NCBI RefSeq assembly: GCF_000737315.1
Contig: NZ_JMCB01000019.1
Location: 1 to 64,000 of the forward strand
DNA: 64,000 bases
Direction: 5' to 3'
From: Hyalangium minutum
GTDB taxonomy: Bacteria; Myxococcota; Myxococcia; Myxococcales; Myxococcaceae
Positions 1 through 8,700 of the stretch are shown here, piece by piece. Every line of letters starts with the position of its first letter. The first letter of the stretch is position 1. Below the pieces are notes generated by a model, which worked only from the letters and a program-made list of their open reading frames with translations, ran no database searches and had not been told where the DNA came from. A program made the translations under genes and the position numbers.

Positions 1-2
1 TG

Positions 3-737
3 CCCCCACCGCTCCCAGTGCAGCCTCCCGTGAACGTCCCTGCTGTATCCGCGCCTGCACCTCCACAAGCGGCAGCCCCCCTCCTCGCCGCTCCTGCCAC
101 CCCCCAGAAGGAAGGATCCACAGTGAAGAGCAAGCCGCCGGATGCACTCAAGCCAACACGCAACGTACGCGGCCAGTCGTCGGCCCCCGCCGCGACAGAC
201 CCGACATTCCCAGCGTGGTGTCGAGCCGTGACGCTGACAGCGGCGATGGCTGCTGGATGTACGGGGGCTCAACTCAGGCCGGAGCCTTTCGAGTGCCCGC
301 CGGGAGCACAGGAAGCCATGGAGAAGGAACTCGGCTGGCGCATGGGGGAGACATTCAGCCTCAAACTGGATGACAGAGGGCCGAATAAGGGCGTCCACGC
401 CTACCGCCCTGGGCCCGTTGTCGGCGTCGTAACGAACCGGGTGGTGAACAACGAGAATCAAATGCGCAAGGCGCCCCCGAGTACCCGTTTCTTCGGCAAG
501 GTGTACGTGGTGCCTGGGAAGACACCTAGCGGCAAACCCGGCGAGATCATCGCCGTGTATGACCGGGTGAAACTGCCCAATCGAGAAGAACTGCCCGTCT
601 GTTTCGTCTCGGGTGGCGACGGCACGTTTGCGCCCATTGAGGAGTTCAAAGGCGACACAGCGCTTGCCCCAAGCGTGACGACAGGAATGGTCGTGGACCG
701 CTGGCCGGAGCGTTTAGATCCGGGTTGGTACCCGTAA
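3..737 (+). CDS. 5'-truncated Pro/Ala-rich membrane or exported protein; probable C-terminal part of a myxobacterial Ser/Thr kinase-type gene
   Basis: Frame is open to the window edge. Pro-rich linker, then hydrophobic AVTLTAAMAAGC segment, then a beta-rich domain ending in a stop at 735-737. The kinase link is from recalled family resemblance only; no kinase domain is inside the window. Confidence 0.55.
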   Translation, partial: PPPLPVQPPVNVPAVSAPAPPQAAAPLLAAPATPQKEGSTVKSKPPDALKPTRNVRGQSSAPAATDPTFPAWCRAVTLTAAMAAGCTGAQLRPEPFECPPGAQEAMEKELGWRMGETFSLKLDDRGPNKGVHAYRPGPVVGVVTNRVVNNENQMRKAPPSTRFFGKVYVVPGKTPSGKPGEIIAVYDRVKLPNREELPVCFVSGGDGTFAPIEEFKGDTALAPSVTTGMVVDRWPERLDPGWYP

Positions 738-1116
738 GCGGCTGCTGCAAACCTGAGTGAGAAATCCCCACCCACCAAGCGCCCTGGTTCTGAGAGGAAC
801 GGCCGATGCACGTGCCGGAGTTGGGGCCGCAGCACTCCACGATGATGCGACAGCCACGTCCATCAACTCCATCCAACCGACAACAAATTCTGGAGTGTCG
901 AGCCCTACGTAGAGAACCAGCCCCAGGAGCGCCACCGCCACCTTCGCGGGAGCCAGGGGGTTGAACGGCTTCACGATCTCTTGTGAAAGGGGGCAGTTCG
1001 AGTACTGCTTGGTTAGGCTAGGAGTACGCTGCTGAGCCGAGACGGATGTGCTGACGTTTGAACCCCAAGAAAGGAACAAGTCCTGACGGAACAACGAACC
1101 AGCAGCCACAAGCCTT

Positions 1117-2373
1117 TCAGTCTTCAGAGCCAAGTGAGTCAATGAACTCGGCAATATTGGTCTCCAAGAAACATCTTAAGGCCTGAGCACTGGAGTACGC
1201 AGCATAAGATTGAAAATCATCGCTCTTTTTCGAGTCAGCCAAATCGCTAACTGACTTCATCGCAAACATTAGGGGGCGCGGCTCAGATACTTCTCTCGCG
1301 GCGGCGTAGAGGCCATAAATTTCCATCTCAATTCCGGCGATCTTCCGATGTTGATGCTCCTGTATTTCGAGGACAGTCGTTCCGTCTGCGAGCACCACAG
1401 AGCCAGACGCAACTGGCCCCACAATCCCCTTCAGAGAAGTTGGTGGCTTGGGACCACGCCAGCCTGAGGCAATCTGACTCCAAACGCTCGCATTATCTAT
1501 GAGTTGTTCAAATCGAGAAACAACTAAGGGTTCCACATCAAGATGATGAGGATCGCTAAGGAAGCCGATGTCTGTCTTTCCCTTGCCTTTCACTCTCTTG
1601 CCGCTTTGCCACTCCCAGACGGGAGTAGCAAGAATGACATCACCAACATTAGATCGACTGGCCAACCCTGCGCAGATGCCGGTCATTACCAACACACGAG
1701 GCCGGAAAGCTTCAATGTACTTCATCGCATGCAATGTAGTTGCAACGAGCCCCATTCTCGGCGCAGCAGAGGCCACCACCGAAAAATTCTGACCTCCCAT
1801 AGCAAAACTGCCTTCGTAGTAGAACGAAGAATGATCTAACAACCGAGCCGAATCAAACCCCCAGGGCAGATCGCGAACCGCTCTCAACTCTGGCTCTCGA
1901 AGTGCAGTCAACACGCAAACGTCTTTGTTGTAACGAACTGGAGACCGCGATTGCTTGATGCGAAAGAGATCCGAGATCAGCATCTTTAATTGATTCTGCC
2001 AACGCTCGGAGGAGTGGTCAAAGTACAGCAAATTAATTAGTCGGTTTGCCAGTCGTGCCTCATGAAGACGGGAAAGGTCTTCGCGGGCTGTGACGACAAC
2101 AATATGCATCGGCCTGTAAAAACCGTCACGCTCATGGATCTCATCGATAAGGTCCAATCCGCCAGTATCTGAAGGACGCTCTTCAGGCCGGTTAGGCAGA
2201 GCCAAATCAAGGATCATCAAGCTATACTGGTTGCGCCGCAACTTATCCCGGGCATCGTAAGAGTTCTGAGCAATCGTAATATTGTCCCGTTGCACGCCAG
2301 CCGCCACGAGAATTTTGACGAATCGCTCGAGTTTCATCTGCTCGTCGTCGACGACGAGGACGCTGAGTCCCAT
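1117..2373 (-). CDS. dtcC: Receiver + purine nucleoside phosphorylase-fold (PNP_UDP_1) effector; Detocs DtcC-like ATP nucleosidase
   Basis: N-terminal REC (VLVVDDE, LMILD56LALP). C-terminal PNP/MTAN motifs MTGICAG, GDVILA, GPVASGS, GIEME, MKSVSDLAD. Last gene of the operon. Confidence 0.88.
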   Translation of the reverse strand: MGLSVLVVDDEQMKLERFVKILVAAGVQRDNITIAQNSYDARDKLRRNQYSLMILDLALPNRPEERPSDTGGLDLIDEIHERDGFYRPMHIVVVTAREDLSRLHEARLANRLINLLYFDHSSERWQNQLKMLISDLFRIKQSRSPVRYNKDVCVLTALREPELRAVRDLPWGFDSARLLDHSSFYYEGSFAMGGQNFSVVASAAPRMGLVATTLHAMKYIEAFRPRVLVMTGICAGLASRSNVGDVILATPVWEWQSGKRVKGKGKTDIGFLSDPHHLDVEPLVVSRFEQLIDNASVWSQIASGWRGPKPPTSLKGIVGPVASGSVVLADGTTVLEIQEHQHRKIAGIEMEIYGLYAAAREVSEPRPLMFAMKSVSDLADSKKSDDFQSYAAYSSAQALRCFLETNIAEFIDSLGSED

Positions 2374-2376
2374 TAG

Positions 2377-2829
2377 TCACCCACCAACTGAGATCATTGC
2401 ATCTATGAGCATGTGCTTCCATTGCTCCGATGCGGCATTGTAGTAGATTATGCCGCGAAAATTTCCTGGATAAGATTCTTTTAGTGTTTCTCCAAGAGTC
2501 TCAATCTCAATTTCGTCATCGCCGGTGTCAAATCTCTCGAATTGAGTGACAACAATCACTGGCGTCGCGAGTTCTAAAAAATCCATATATCCTAGCAATT
2601 CTCTGCCGCCAAAAGCCTGCGGTCGACCTCCTGGTTCCTCCCCTCCGATGTCATATGAAGGTAGCGACATGTCGAGCAGCACAATGTCAAACGAACGAGC
2701 GCGTATTTCAATCTTCCCGCTATGAACAGAACGTGCGCTCAAGATCGTACACAATGGAAATGCCTCTTTAACAAAAGAGGAGAGTTGTTTAAATTTGAAC
2801 TGATCATCTTCGATGATGAGAACGTTCAT
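2377..2829 (-). CDS. dtcB: Stand-alone response regulator receiver; Detocs DtcB-like buffer protein
   Basis: MNVLIIEDD and IVLLD53MSLP, no output domain. ATGA overlap with the upstream kinase and 3-nt gap to dtcC. Confidence 0.88.
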   Translation of the reverse strand: MNVLIIEDDQFKFKQLSSFVKEAFPLCTILSARSVHSGKIEIRARSFDIVLLDMSLPSYDIGGEEPGGRPQAFGGRELLGYMDFLELATPVIVVTQFERFDTGDDEIEIETLGETLKESYPGNFRGIIYYNAASEQWKHMLIDAMISVGG

Positions 2830-5800
2830 TGTTCCATCTCCACCCCCAGGATCAATTCTCCCCGCCCCTGCATCTCGATGTGGAAGAGCGACATGCCAAC
2901 ATGCAGGAAGAAGCAGTCTTTGTTCTTGAATCCAAAATTCAATGCATGAGCCTTGTACTGGCTCACAATGCGCTTAAGCTTTACCAAGCCGGACTTTCCT
3001 TCCACTGACACACGAGTGCGGTAACCGTCCCCACCGATAAGCACGCGGATGTCGTCCAGGGCTTTTTCTGCGCTGGGAGAATAGGCGTCGCCTGCAATCT
3101 CGCTCTCGATATCGATGGAAAGGAGATCCGATGCGCGATCATCCTTGACACGAATCTGTACTGCAGGCTGTCCCAACACCTTGGAATGTCTGTAGATATT
3201 ATCTAATGCAATGAAAATAATATCAGTCACTTCGTTGAGGACTGTGCCTCCCATTCGGCGATCTGCTTCAAGTATTCTCTCAATTTTCGGAGAAAAGCCT
3301 CGCAGCGTCCGAAGCGCGGATTCGACGGCGATGTCGATTATTTGCTCGATTGTGAAACTAGCGGTCACATCAGAAGACTCGTCAAGGTGCAACCAGTCAG
3401 CAACACGTAACATTGCATGCTGGGCTCCCGTGTTGGCGGTAACCAAACAATTCTTGAGTTCAGTATATTGCCATTCATCCAGCGCTTCACCGAGTCGGCT
3501 ATATACTTCCTGGAAAATACGCTCAGCTTCAGTTCGGAAGATTCCATCTATTGCCACCCTGGCTGATTCCAAGTCAGTACTCAGTTGTTGCCTGAACATG
3601 GTAAAGCACAGCGAAAGGAAGTCTTCAAAGGTTGAAGTTTCCTGGGCGTCGTTCCGGATCGCGTGAACGAGGAAGGGATTAAATGAGCGGCCAAAAACAC
3701 CCTGCGGATGTTGCTCGCTTCGAATGTGTAGAACAGGCTTGATTTGTTCCTCTATCAGCAGGTCATATTTCTCTGAAAGCCAAGCGAGTGCCTTGTCGAC
3801 TGTGTTCTCCTGCTCAGGCGTGGCGACATGAAGACGTGATATCCAAAAATCATTGCGTTTGTAAGTCCCTGTGACTTCATCGCGCGTGGTGATTAACTTT
3901 CGATCATCCAGTGGGCCTCGCAATGTTCCGGACAGGGTCCCATGTCGAATCCGCATGCTCAAAAAGCAATCAAGGCCATGCTCAGAATTGTTAAGAAATT
4001 CTTTCCACAAAGCCTCGAGCATTTCTATCAAGAGTGCATCATTGTCTTCATGAGGCAACTCAAGATACTGCGCAGGCATTGGTTTGCGCGTTGTCAGCGC
4101 ATCGCGAACAGCCAACTCAAAGTCTCTTCTAGAACTCTGCGGACCCGTTTGTAGGAATTCTTTGTAACGATCAAATATTTCCCGGAGTTCCCGCTCAGCC
4201 CAGCGCGAGATGGCGTCGTCGTCAACAAAAACGCGGCTTCGATCAACGATCTGGACGCCTTCCTCAATTTTTAGCTTAGTAGCTAGGCTTTTGATTTCTC
4301 CGCGATAGATCTCGGCATTGTCTGGATCCAGGCTAACGAGGAGGGAGCACACGTTGATACGCTCTTCGTCGATAGCCCGTGATGTTGGCAACCCACGACA
4401 TGCCTCAAGTACAGGTTGCACACAGATTTTCTTGAGAAAGTACAACACCTGCTCGCGATCATATTCGTTGATCCTTCGAGCTATGTCTGATGGGTGTTCT
4501 AATCCATTTTTCGCAAGAAATTCATCACAAGACCATCGCAGATTGTTCTTAGAATCTTGAGTCTCGTGAAGTCTATTTTGTAGATCAAAGAGGATTGGAG
4601 TTGAAATGAGCTTTAGGAAGGGGCGCATCGACTTCAGCTTTCTGCCATCCATGATGCGCCTGATCGGAAACACAAGTCGCAAGGAGTCACGCAAAGCACA
4701 CCAATGAGCGATTTGCTCAATGGCAGCCTCAAGTTTCCCCATCCCCAACAGGCATTCGACGCTGTAGCGCGCACCTGCGAAACGTACAATGAGATTGCTG
4801 TCCAGGAGCAGTTCTTGCGCAATAGCGTATGCCAGCCCAAAATTCTTCTGTTCCAAATGGGCTTGAAGCGAGCCCTCGGCGAGTTGTTCCCGCGAAAGCG
4901 CATTCGCAGTTTGTTGATCAACATGAAGCCCAGCGGCAACGCCAGCGCTTAGTACTGCGAGAGACCTTCCATACTTTGCTTCACACAATGCAAAGTACGC
5001 GGCCCGCCTTTCAGTCTTCAGGGCAATGATGTCAGAAGGATCATGGATTGAAGAACAGGCGAACTGCGTCAAGCGCAAGGCATGGACTGATTGAGCTGCG
5101 GGTGTAGACGTGCTCAGTAGCGCCGATGCCATCACCGCAGGCATTATCGGCAATGCGCTATAGTTCTTAGATAGCTTGGCAAGCTCAAGGATTGATCGCG
5201 CAAGATTATCAGTTCGGCCGAAAACAGAAGCCAAGAGACTAACCATCTTGTCTTGCAGTGTCTCTGACCGCTCAGTCTCACGCTGTAAGTACGCCAAGCT
5301 TCTGGCTTTGATGATCATGCAGGAGAGATCGAGAGGGTCTTGGCTCAGAGTGACGTCAGATGCGCGTATCGCATCGTCGTAGCGCCCCGACCAAAATGCA
5401 TCTGATGCGGCTCCATCAATGGGCCGAAGGGAACTAAGGTCAGTTACGCCGTTGAACCAATAGAGCAGCTTGGTTATGCGATTGTCGCCGATAGGGCTTA
5501 GAAGGGACAGCGCTTGAGATATTTCACCATGCAGACTTTCTTCGTCGGGAAGACTAAGCATGTGACGAGAAATGAGCAGAAATGTCTCGTACAGATCTAC
5601 GAGAGAAGCTGTTGCGTCATGCCTTAGAATCGCTGCCAGTTGAATCGAATCCTGTGGCAAGTCCCCTGTGATTCGATAGGATAGATACGCACCTAAGTCG
5701 TCGTGCAGCTCCCAGGCAGTGAGCTTCCGATTGAAGTTGGTTGCGAAGCGAGGCAAGGTGATGCTGTCTTCGTTCCTCCTGCTCGTATAGTGGGCTACAA

Positions 5801-6338
5801 AAGCAGCAAATGACTTCTTTGCGCGTTGCTTTATATTTTTGGTGAATTCTTTCTGCTTCTCCAGTCCAGATTTGGCTTGCAGTGTTGCAATGCGATTCTC
5901 AATCGACCAAAGCGAATAGCCGAATTTGTTGTCCACCTCATCCAGTGCTCCAAGCGCCGCATCATACTGGCTAGTCAATAGGTTGCGCGCGAACTTCTGG
6001 GACAAGTTAACATAGGAGCCCAAAGTCTGAGTGCGTTGACTAAGAACTAAAGCAGACCATAGGATCTCTTTGACGGCTGGTACCTCATCCTGCGGGCGCC
6101 TGCGGTGCAGATTCCGGAGAGAACGCACAGGCGTAATCCCAAGTGCGCCACTTCGTGCTTTGGGGATCCGCGTCATCCAGGTCATGAACCCGGGCAACTG
6201 CTTTTCCGGAAAGCTCAGGCGGATTGCGTTAATTGTATCATGTAGTTCATCGCCTTTTTGATGAGCTCGGCCGCGTACGAGATTCTTCGCGAGATGAATC
6301 TCTATCTGCTGGTCGTCGAGATTATTGTTCCGTGACAT
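2826..6338 (-). CDS. dtcA: Large cytoplasmic TPR-like sensor with C-terminal histidine kinase module; Detocs DtcA-like
   Basis: 1170 aa, helical-repeat character, no obvious TM segment. Putative H-box MRIRH799GT, N-box IIFIALDNIYRHS, degenerate G-box EGKSGLVKL. Confidence 0.85.
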   Translation of the reverse strand: MSRNNNLDDQQIEIHLAKNLVRGRAHQKGDELHDTINAIRLSFPEKQLPGFMTWMTRIPKARSGALGITPVRSLRNLHRRRPQDEVPAVKEILWSALVLSQRTQTLGSYVNLSQKFARNLLTSQYDAALGALDEVDNKFGYSLWSIENRIATLQAKSGLEKQKEFTKNIKQRAKKSFAAFVAHYTSRRNEDSITLPRFATNFNRKLTAWELHDDLGAYLSYRITGDLPQDSIQLAAILRHDATASLVDLYETFLLISRHMLSLPDEESLHGEISQALSLLSPIGDNRITKLLYWFNGVTDLSSLRPIDGAASDAFWSGRYDDAIRASDVTLSQDPLDLSCMIIKARSLAYLQRETERSETLQDKMVSLLASVFGRTDNLARSILELAKLSKNYSALPIMPAVMASALLSTSTPAAQSVHALRLTQFACSSIHDPSDIIALKTERRAAYFALCEAKYGRSLAVLSAGVAAGLHVDQQTANALSREQLAEGSLQAHLEQKNFGLAYAIAQELLLDSNLIVRFAGARYSVECLLGMGKLEAAIEQIAHWCALRDSLRLVFPIRRIMDGRKLKSMRPFLKLISTPILFDLQNRLHETQDSKNNLRWSCDEFLAKNGLEHPSDIARRINEYDREQVLYFLKKICVQPVLEACRGLPTSRAIDEERINVCSLLVSLDPDNAEIYRGEIKSLATKLKIEEGVQIVDRSRVFVDDDAISRWAERELREIFDRYKEFLQTGPQSSRRDFELAVRDALTTRKPMPAQYLELPHEDNDALLIEMLEALWKEFLNNSEHGLDCFLSMRIRHGTLSGTLRGPLDDRKLITTRDEVTGTYKRNDFWISRLHVATPEQENTVDKALAWLSEKYDLLIEEQIKPVLHIRSEQHPQGVFGRSFNPFLVHAIRNDAQETSTFEDFLSLCFTMFRQQLSTDLESARVAIDGIFRTEAERIFQEVYSRLGEALDEWQYTELKNCLVTANTGAQHAMLRVADWLHLDESSDVTASFTIEQIIDIAVESALRTLRGFSPKIERILEADRRMGGTVLNEVTDIIFIALDNIYRHSKVLGQPAVQIRVKDDRASDLLSIDIESEIAGDAYSPSAEKALDDIRVLIGGDGYRTRVSVEGKSGLVKLKRIVSQYKAHALNFGFKNKDCFFLHVGMSLFHIEMQGRGELILGVEMEQ

Positions 6339-6345
6339 TGCCGCG

Positions 6346-6383
6346 TTGATTTGATCAGGTGAATTGATTTGATCAGGTGAATT
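6346..6383. repeat. Perfect 18-bp tandem duplication (TTGATTTGATCAGGTGAA x2 + TT) directly upstream of dtcA
   Basis: Copies read directly at 6346-6363 and 6364-6381. Each contains the palindrome TGATCA. Confidence 0.95.
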
Positions 6384-6410
6384 AGAGTCGAGCTTTGAAC
6401 TTCTAGTGCG

Positions 6411-6439
6411 GTTCTAGGGTTTTGTAGCTGCATCGTCAA
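6411..6439 (-). promoter_or_regulatory. Putative sigma70 promoter of the dtcABC operon
   Basis: Minus strand TTGACG-N17-TAGAAC, about 70 nt upstream of the dtcA ATG. The -10 lacks the final T. Confidence 0.5.
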
Positions 6440-6474
6440 TGAAGGTGTGGAGTTCGCGCGTCCCTGAAGGCTTA

Positions 6475-7380
6475 GAGCCTATCTCAGTAGGGAAGAAAAC
6501 GCCCTACCTGATGGGTTAGAAGGTGAAGGAGGAAGTGTGGATTGGGAGTAGCGAAGAGGGATGACGGTTGAAGGATGCCGGAGGAACTGTGGGCGAAGAT
6601 AGAGCCCCTGCTGCCGCCGAGGCCCGAACACCCGCTGGGGTGCCATAACCCGAGAGTGCCGGACAGGGCGGCCATGGAAGCCATCCTGCTGGTGCTGCGC
6701 ACGGGGATGCAGTGGCAGGCGCTGAAAGCCACCGGCCTGTGCCACCCGTCCTCCGCCTACCGGCGGTTCCGCGAGTGGCTTACGGCCGGAGTCTTTCACG
6801 AGTTCTGGCGCCTGGGACTGCTGGCGTACGACGCCCTGGTAGGCATCGACTGGCAGTGGATGAGCGTGGACGGGGCGATGACCAAGGCGCCGCTGGGAGG
6901 AGAGAAGACTGGCCCCAACCCGACCGACCGCGCCAAGAAGGGAACCAAGAGGAGCTTGCTCACAGACAGGCGTGGCGTACCGCTGGGGGTGGTGGCCGCA
7001 GGAGCCAACGTCAACGACCATAAACTGCTGCCCTCTACGTTCGACTCGGTGCCGGTGAAACGTCCCGAGCCTGAACCATGGCCTGCCCAGCACCTGTGCC
7101 TGGATGCGGCCTACGCCTGTACCGAAGTGCGTCGGTGGGGAGACACGTTCCGCCTCCGGCGGCACATCCGCCCGCGTCGTCCCCCCGTCACGCCCCCGAA
7201 GAAGAGCCGCCGGCCGCCGCAAGAAAGCGCGCCGCTGGGTGGTGGAACGCTCCCACTCGTGGATGAACCGCTTCCGAAGAATCCTCATCCGCTGGGAGAA
7301 GCGCGAAGACACCTACCTGGCCATGCTCCACTTGGCCCTGGGCATCATCACTTGGTTCCACTTCCTACCGAAATAGGCAC
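6475..7380 (+). mobile_element. IS5-family insertion sequence, 906 bp (IS427/IS1031-like)
   Basis: Left IR GAGCCTATCTCAGTAGG (6475-6491) and right IR (7364-7380) match at 14/17. TTA duplicated at 6472-6474 and 7381-7383. Confidence 0.9.
6542..7376 (+). pseudogene. IS5-family DDE transposase, probably inactivated
   Basis: ELWAKIEPLLP...ILLVLRTGMQW, SVDGAMTK, LCLDAAY, RWVVERSHSWMNRFRRI motifs. In-frame TGA at 6569-6571 where GWRM would be expected, and a +1 frame change around 7200-7225. Confidence 0.75.
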
Positions 7381-7501
7381 TTAGCGCGCTTCGCTCCGTC
7401 CTCAACGCTTACGTCTCCCCTCGAGATCGCGGTCCTCGCCAAGCACGGCACGGGTCCGTCCTCAATCTCCTCCAGCACGTCGCTGACCGGACGGATACGT
7501 A

Positions 7502-7813
7502 CTAAGGGCGCACGTCAGCCTGCCGATTGACCCCAGCACCCGTCCTCGTGGTCGTTGTGGTCGTTGTCGTCGTGTCCACCGGCCGGCGCCACGGGAAGAG
7601 GAGCGCAAGCGCCACTCCCGACAGCCCCACGATGGAGTAGAGGAGGCGTCCAAGGGCGCTGGTCTGCTCTCGCGTGTCGCCACCAAAGATCGCGTTCACG
7701 AGGTTCCAGTTGAAGAAACCAATCAGGCCCCAGTTGATGGCGCCGATGATCACCAATACAGCCATCACCTTGGCGAGCCCTGCCTTCAGGCCGCCAGCTT
7801 CCACTCGTTCCAT
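7502..7813 (-). CDS. DUF378-family small membrane protein
   Basis: LVIIGAINWGLIGFF.NLV.AIFG and LLYSIVGLSG signature. ATG at 7813. Confidence 0.85.
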   Translation of the reverse strand: MERVEAGGLKAGLAKVMAVLVIIGAINWGLIGFFNWNLVNAIFGGDTREQTSALGRLLYSIVGLSGVALALLFPWRRPVDTTTTTTTTTRTGAGVNRQADVRP

Positions 7814-7913
7814 GGCTCGTCTCCTCGACCCTAGGTGTCTCAAGGCTGGCGGCGTGTAGTGCCTCCTCGGTGAAGCCCGAGCCGCCCGCTGTAGTAACTT
7901 TGTGGCGTGTCCG

Positions 7914-8144
7914 ATGATCTGGCTCGACGGCCTCGCTGGTCCGTGGCGCTGTCGTCCTGGCAGGCCGCAACTCACGCAGCTCCCTGCCGGGAAGATCCAG
8001 CCCGGCCAGCCCTGGCCTCAGGTGACAATGGAAGCCGAAGTCGATGCGGCCCCGAAAGTAGCGACGGCGCTTCGTACGCGCGGCTTCGAGCCTCACCCAG
8101 CCCAGGGTGGCTTCCTCATCCACTTGCACCTGCGTGCCCCCTAG
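7914..8144 (+). CDS. Small hypothetical protein
   Basis: 76-aa ORF with plausible codon usage filling an intergenic gap. No recognised domain. Confidence 0.3.
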   Translation: MIWLDGLAGPWRCRPGRPQLTQLPAGKIQPGQPWPQVTMEAEVDAAPKVATALRTRGFEPHPAQGGFLIHLHLRAP

Positions 8145-8530
8145 CGAGAGCGCTTTTGGCTCACCCGCGTGAGCCTCTTGCTTGCCTGGAGCCCCTTGAC
8201 GTCGCCGCGGCCGGTGGTGCGCTTGCGCGTCCCCTCCTTGCGGTAGCCGACGGCCGCATCCACCGGAAGCGTCTTGCGGCGCGAGGTGCTGCTGCCGGTT
8301 TCGGGCAGTGGCAGCTTCTGGCTCGTCGCAGTCAGCCCCTTGCCTGGGCGGCGGCGTGGACTGACGTTGCGGTCCCTGAACTCCAGGCTCCCCTGGGGCC
8401 AACTCTCTATCTTCTTGGCCCGGTGCGTGCTCAAGCCTCCAGTCTCATGGACATCCGAGGCCTTGAGCTTCATCGTCGTGCCCTGCCGCTTGGCGTGCTT
8501 CGCGCGAAATGCCTGTGTCTTCTCTGGCAT
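8141..8530 (-). CDS. Lys/Arg-rich hypothetical protein
   Basis: 129 aa from ATG 8530 with GGAGG upstream on the minus strand. Highly basic, low complexity. Confidence 0.55.
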   Translation of the reverse strand: MPEKTQAFRAKHAKRQGTTMKLKASDVHETGGLSTHRAKKIESWPQGSLEFRDRNVSPRRRPGKGLTATSQKLPLPETGSSTSRRKTLPVDAAVGYRKEGTRKRTTGRGDVKGLQASKRLTRVSQKRSR

Positions 8531-8700
8531 GGAACCTCCCAGTGACTCAGGTAGGGATGGCTCGGCGGAGGTGCCAGGGGCCATGACCGAGCAGGCGTTG
8601 GAGTCGATGTCAGGTTCCGACGCCGCGCTCCCTTCCCATGCCGTCGTGCTTGCAAAGGCTTGAAAGAGCCGCCAGCCCAAGAGGTTCCGGGCCGGTCAAC

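Noticed and set aside
1117-2373. Housekeeping MTA/SAH nucleosidase (mtnN/pfs)
   Set aside because: Receiver fusion, operon context and low-GC island fit a defence effector better.
6346-6383. CRISPR-like reading of the short repeats here, at 12398-12510 and at 22209-22334
   Set aside because: All are contiguous tandem units with no spacers and no cas genes; two are in-frame coding repeats.
7190-7230. Programmed -1 frameshift in the IS transposase
   Set aside because: The two ORFs are related by +1, no A6G-type slippery run is present, and there is a second lesion upstream. Decay is more likely.
7550-7582. Thr-run microsatellite in the DUF378 gene
   Set aside because: Imperfect in-frame codon repeat in a disordered tail, with no sign of phase variation.
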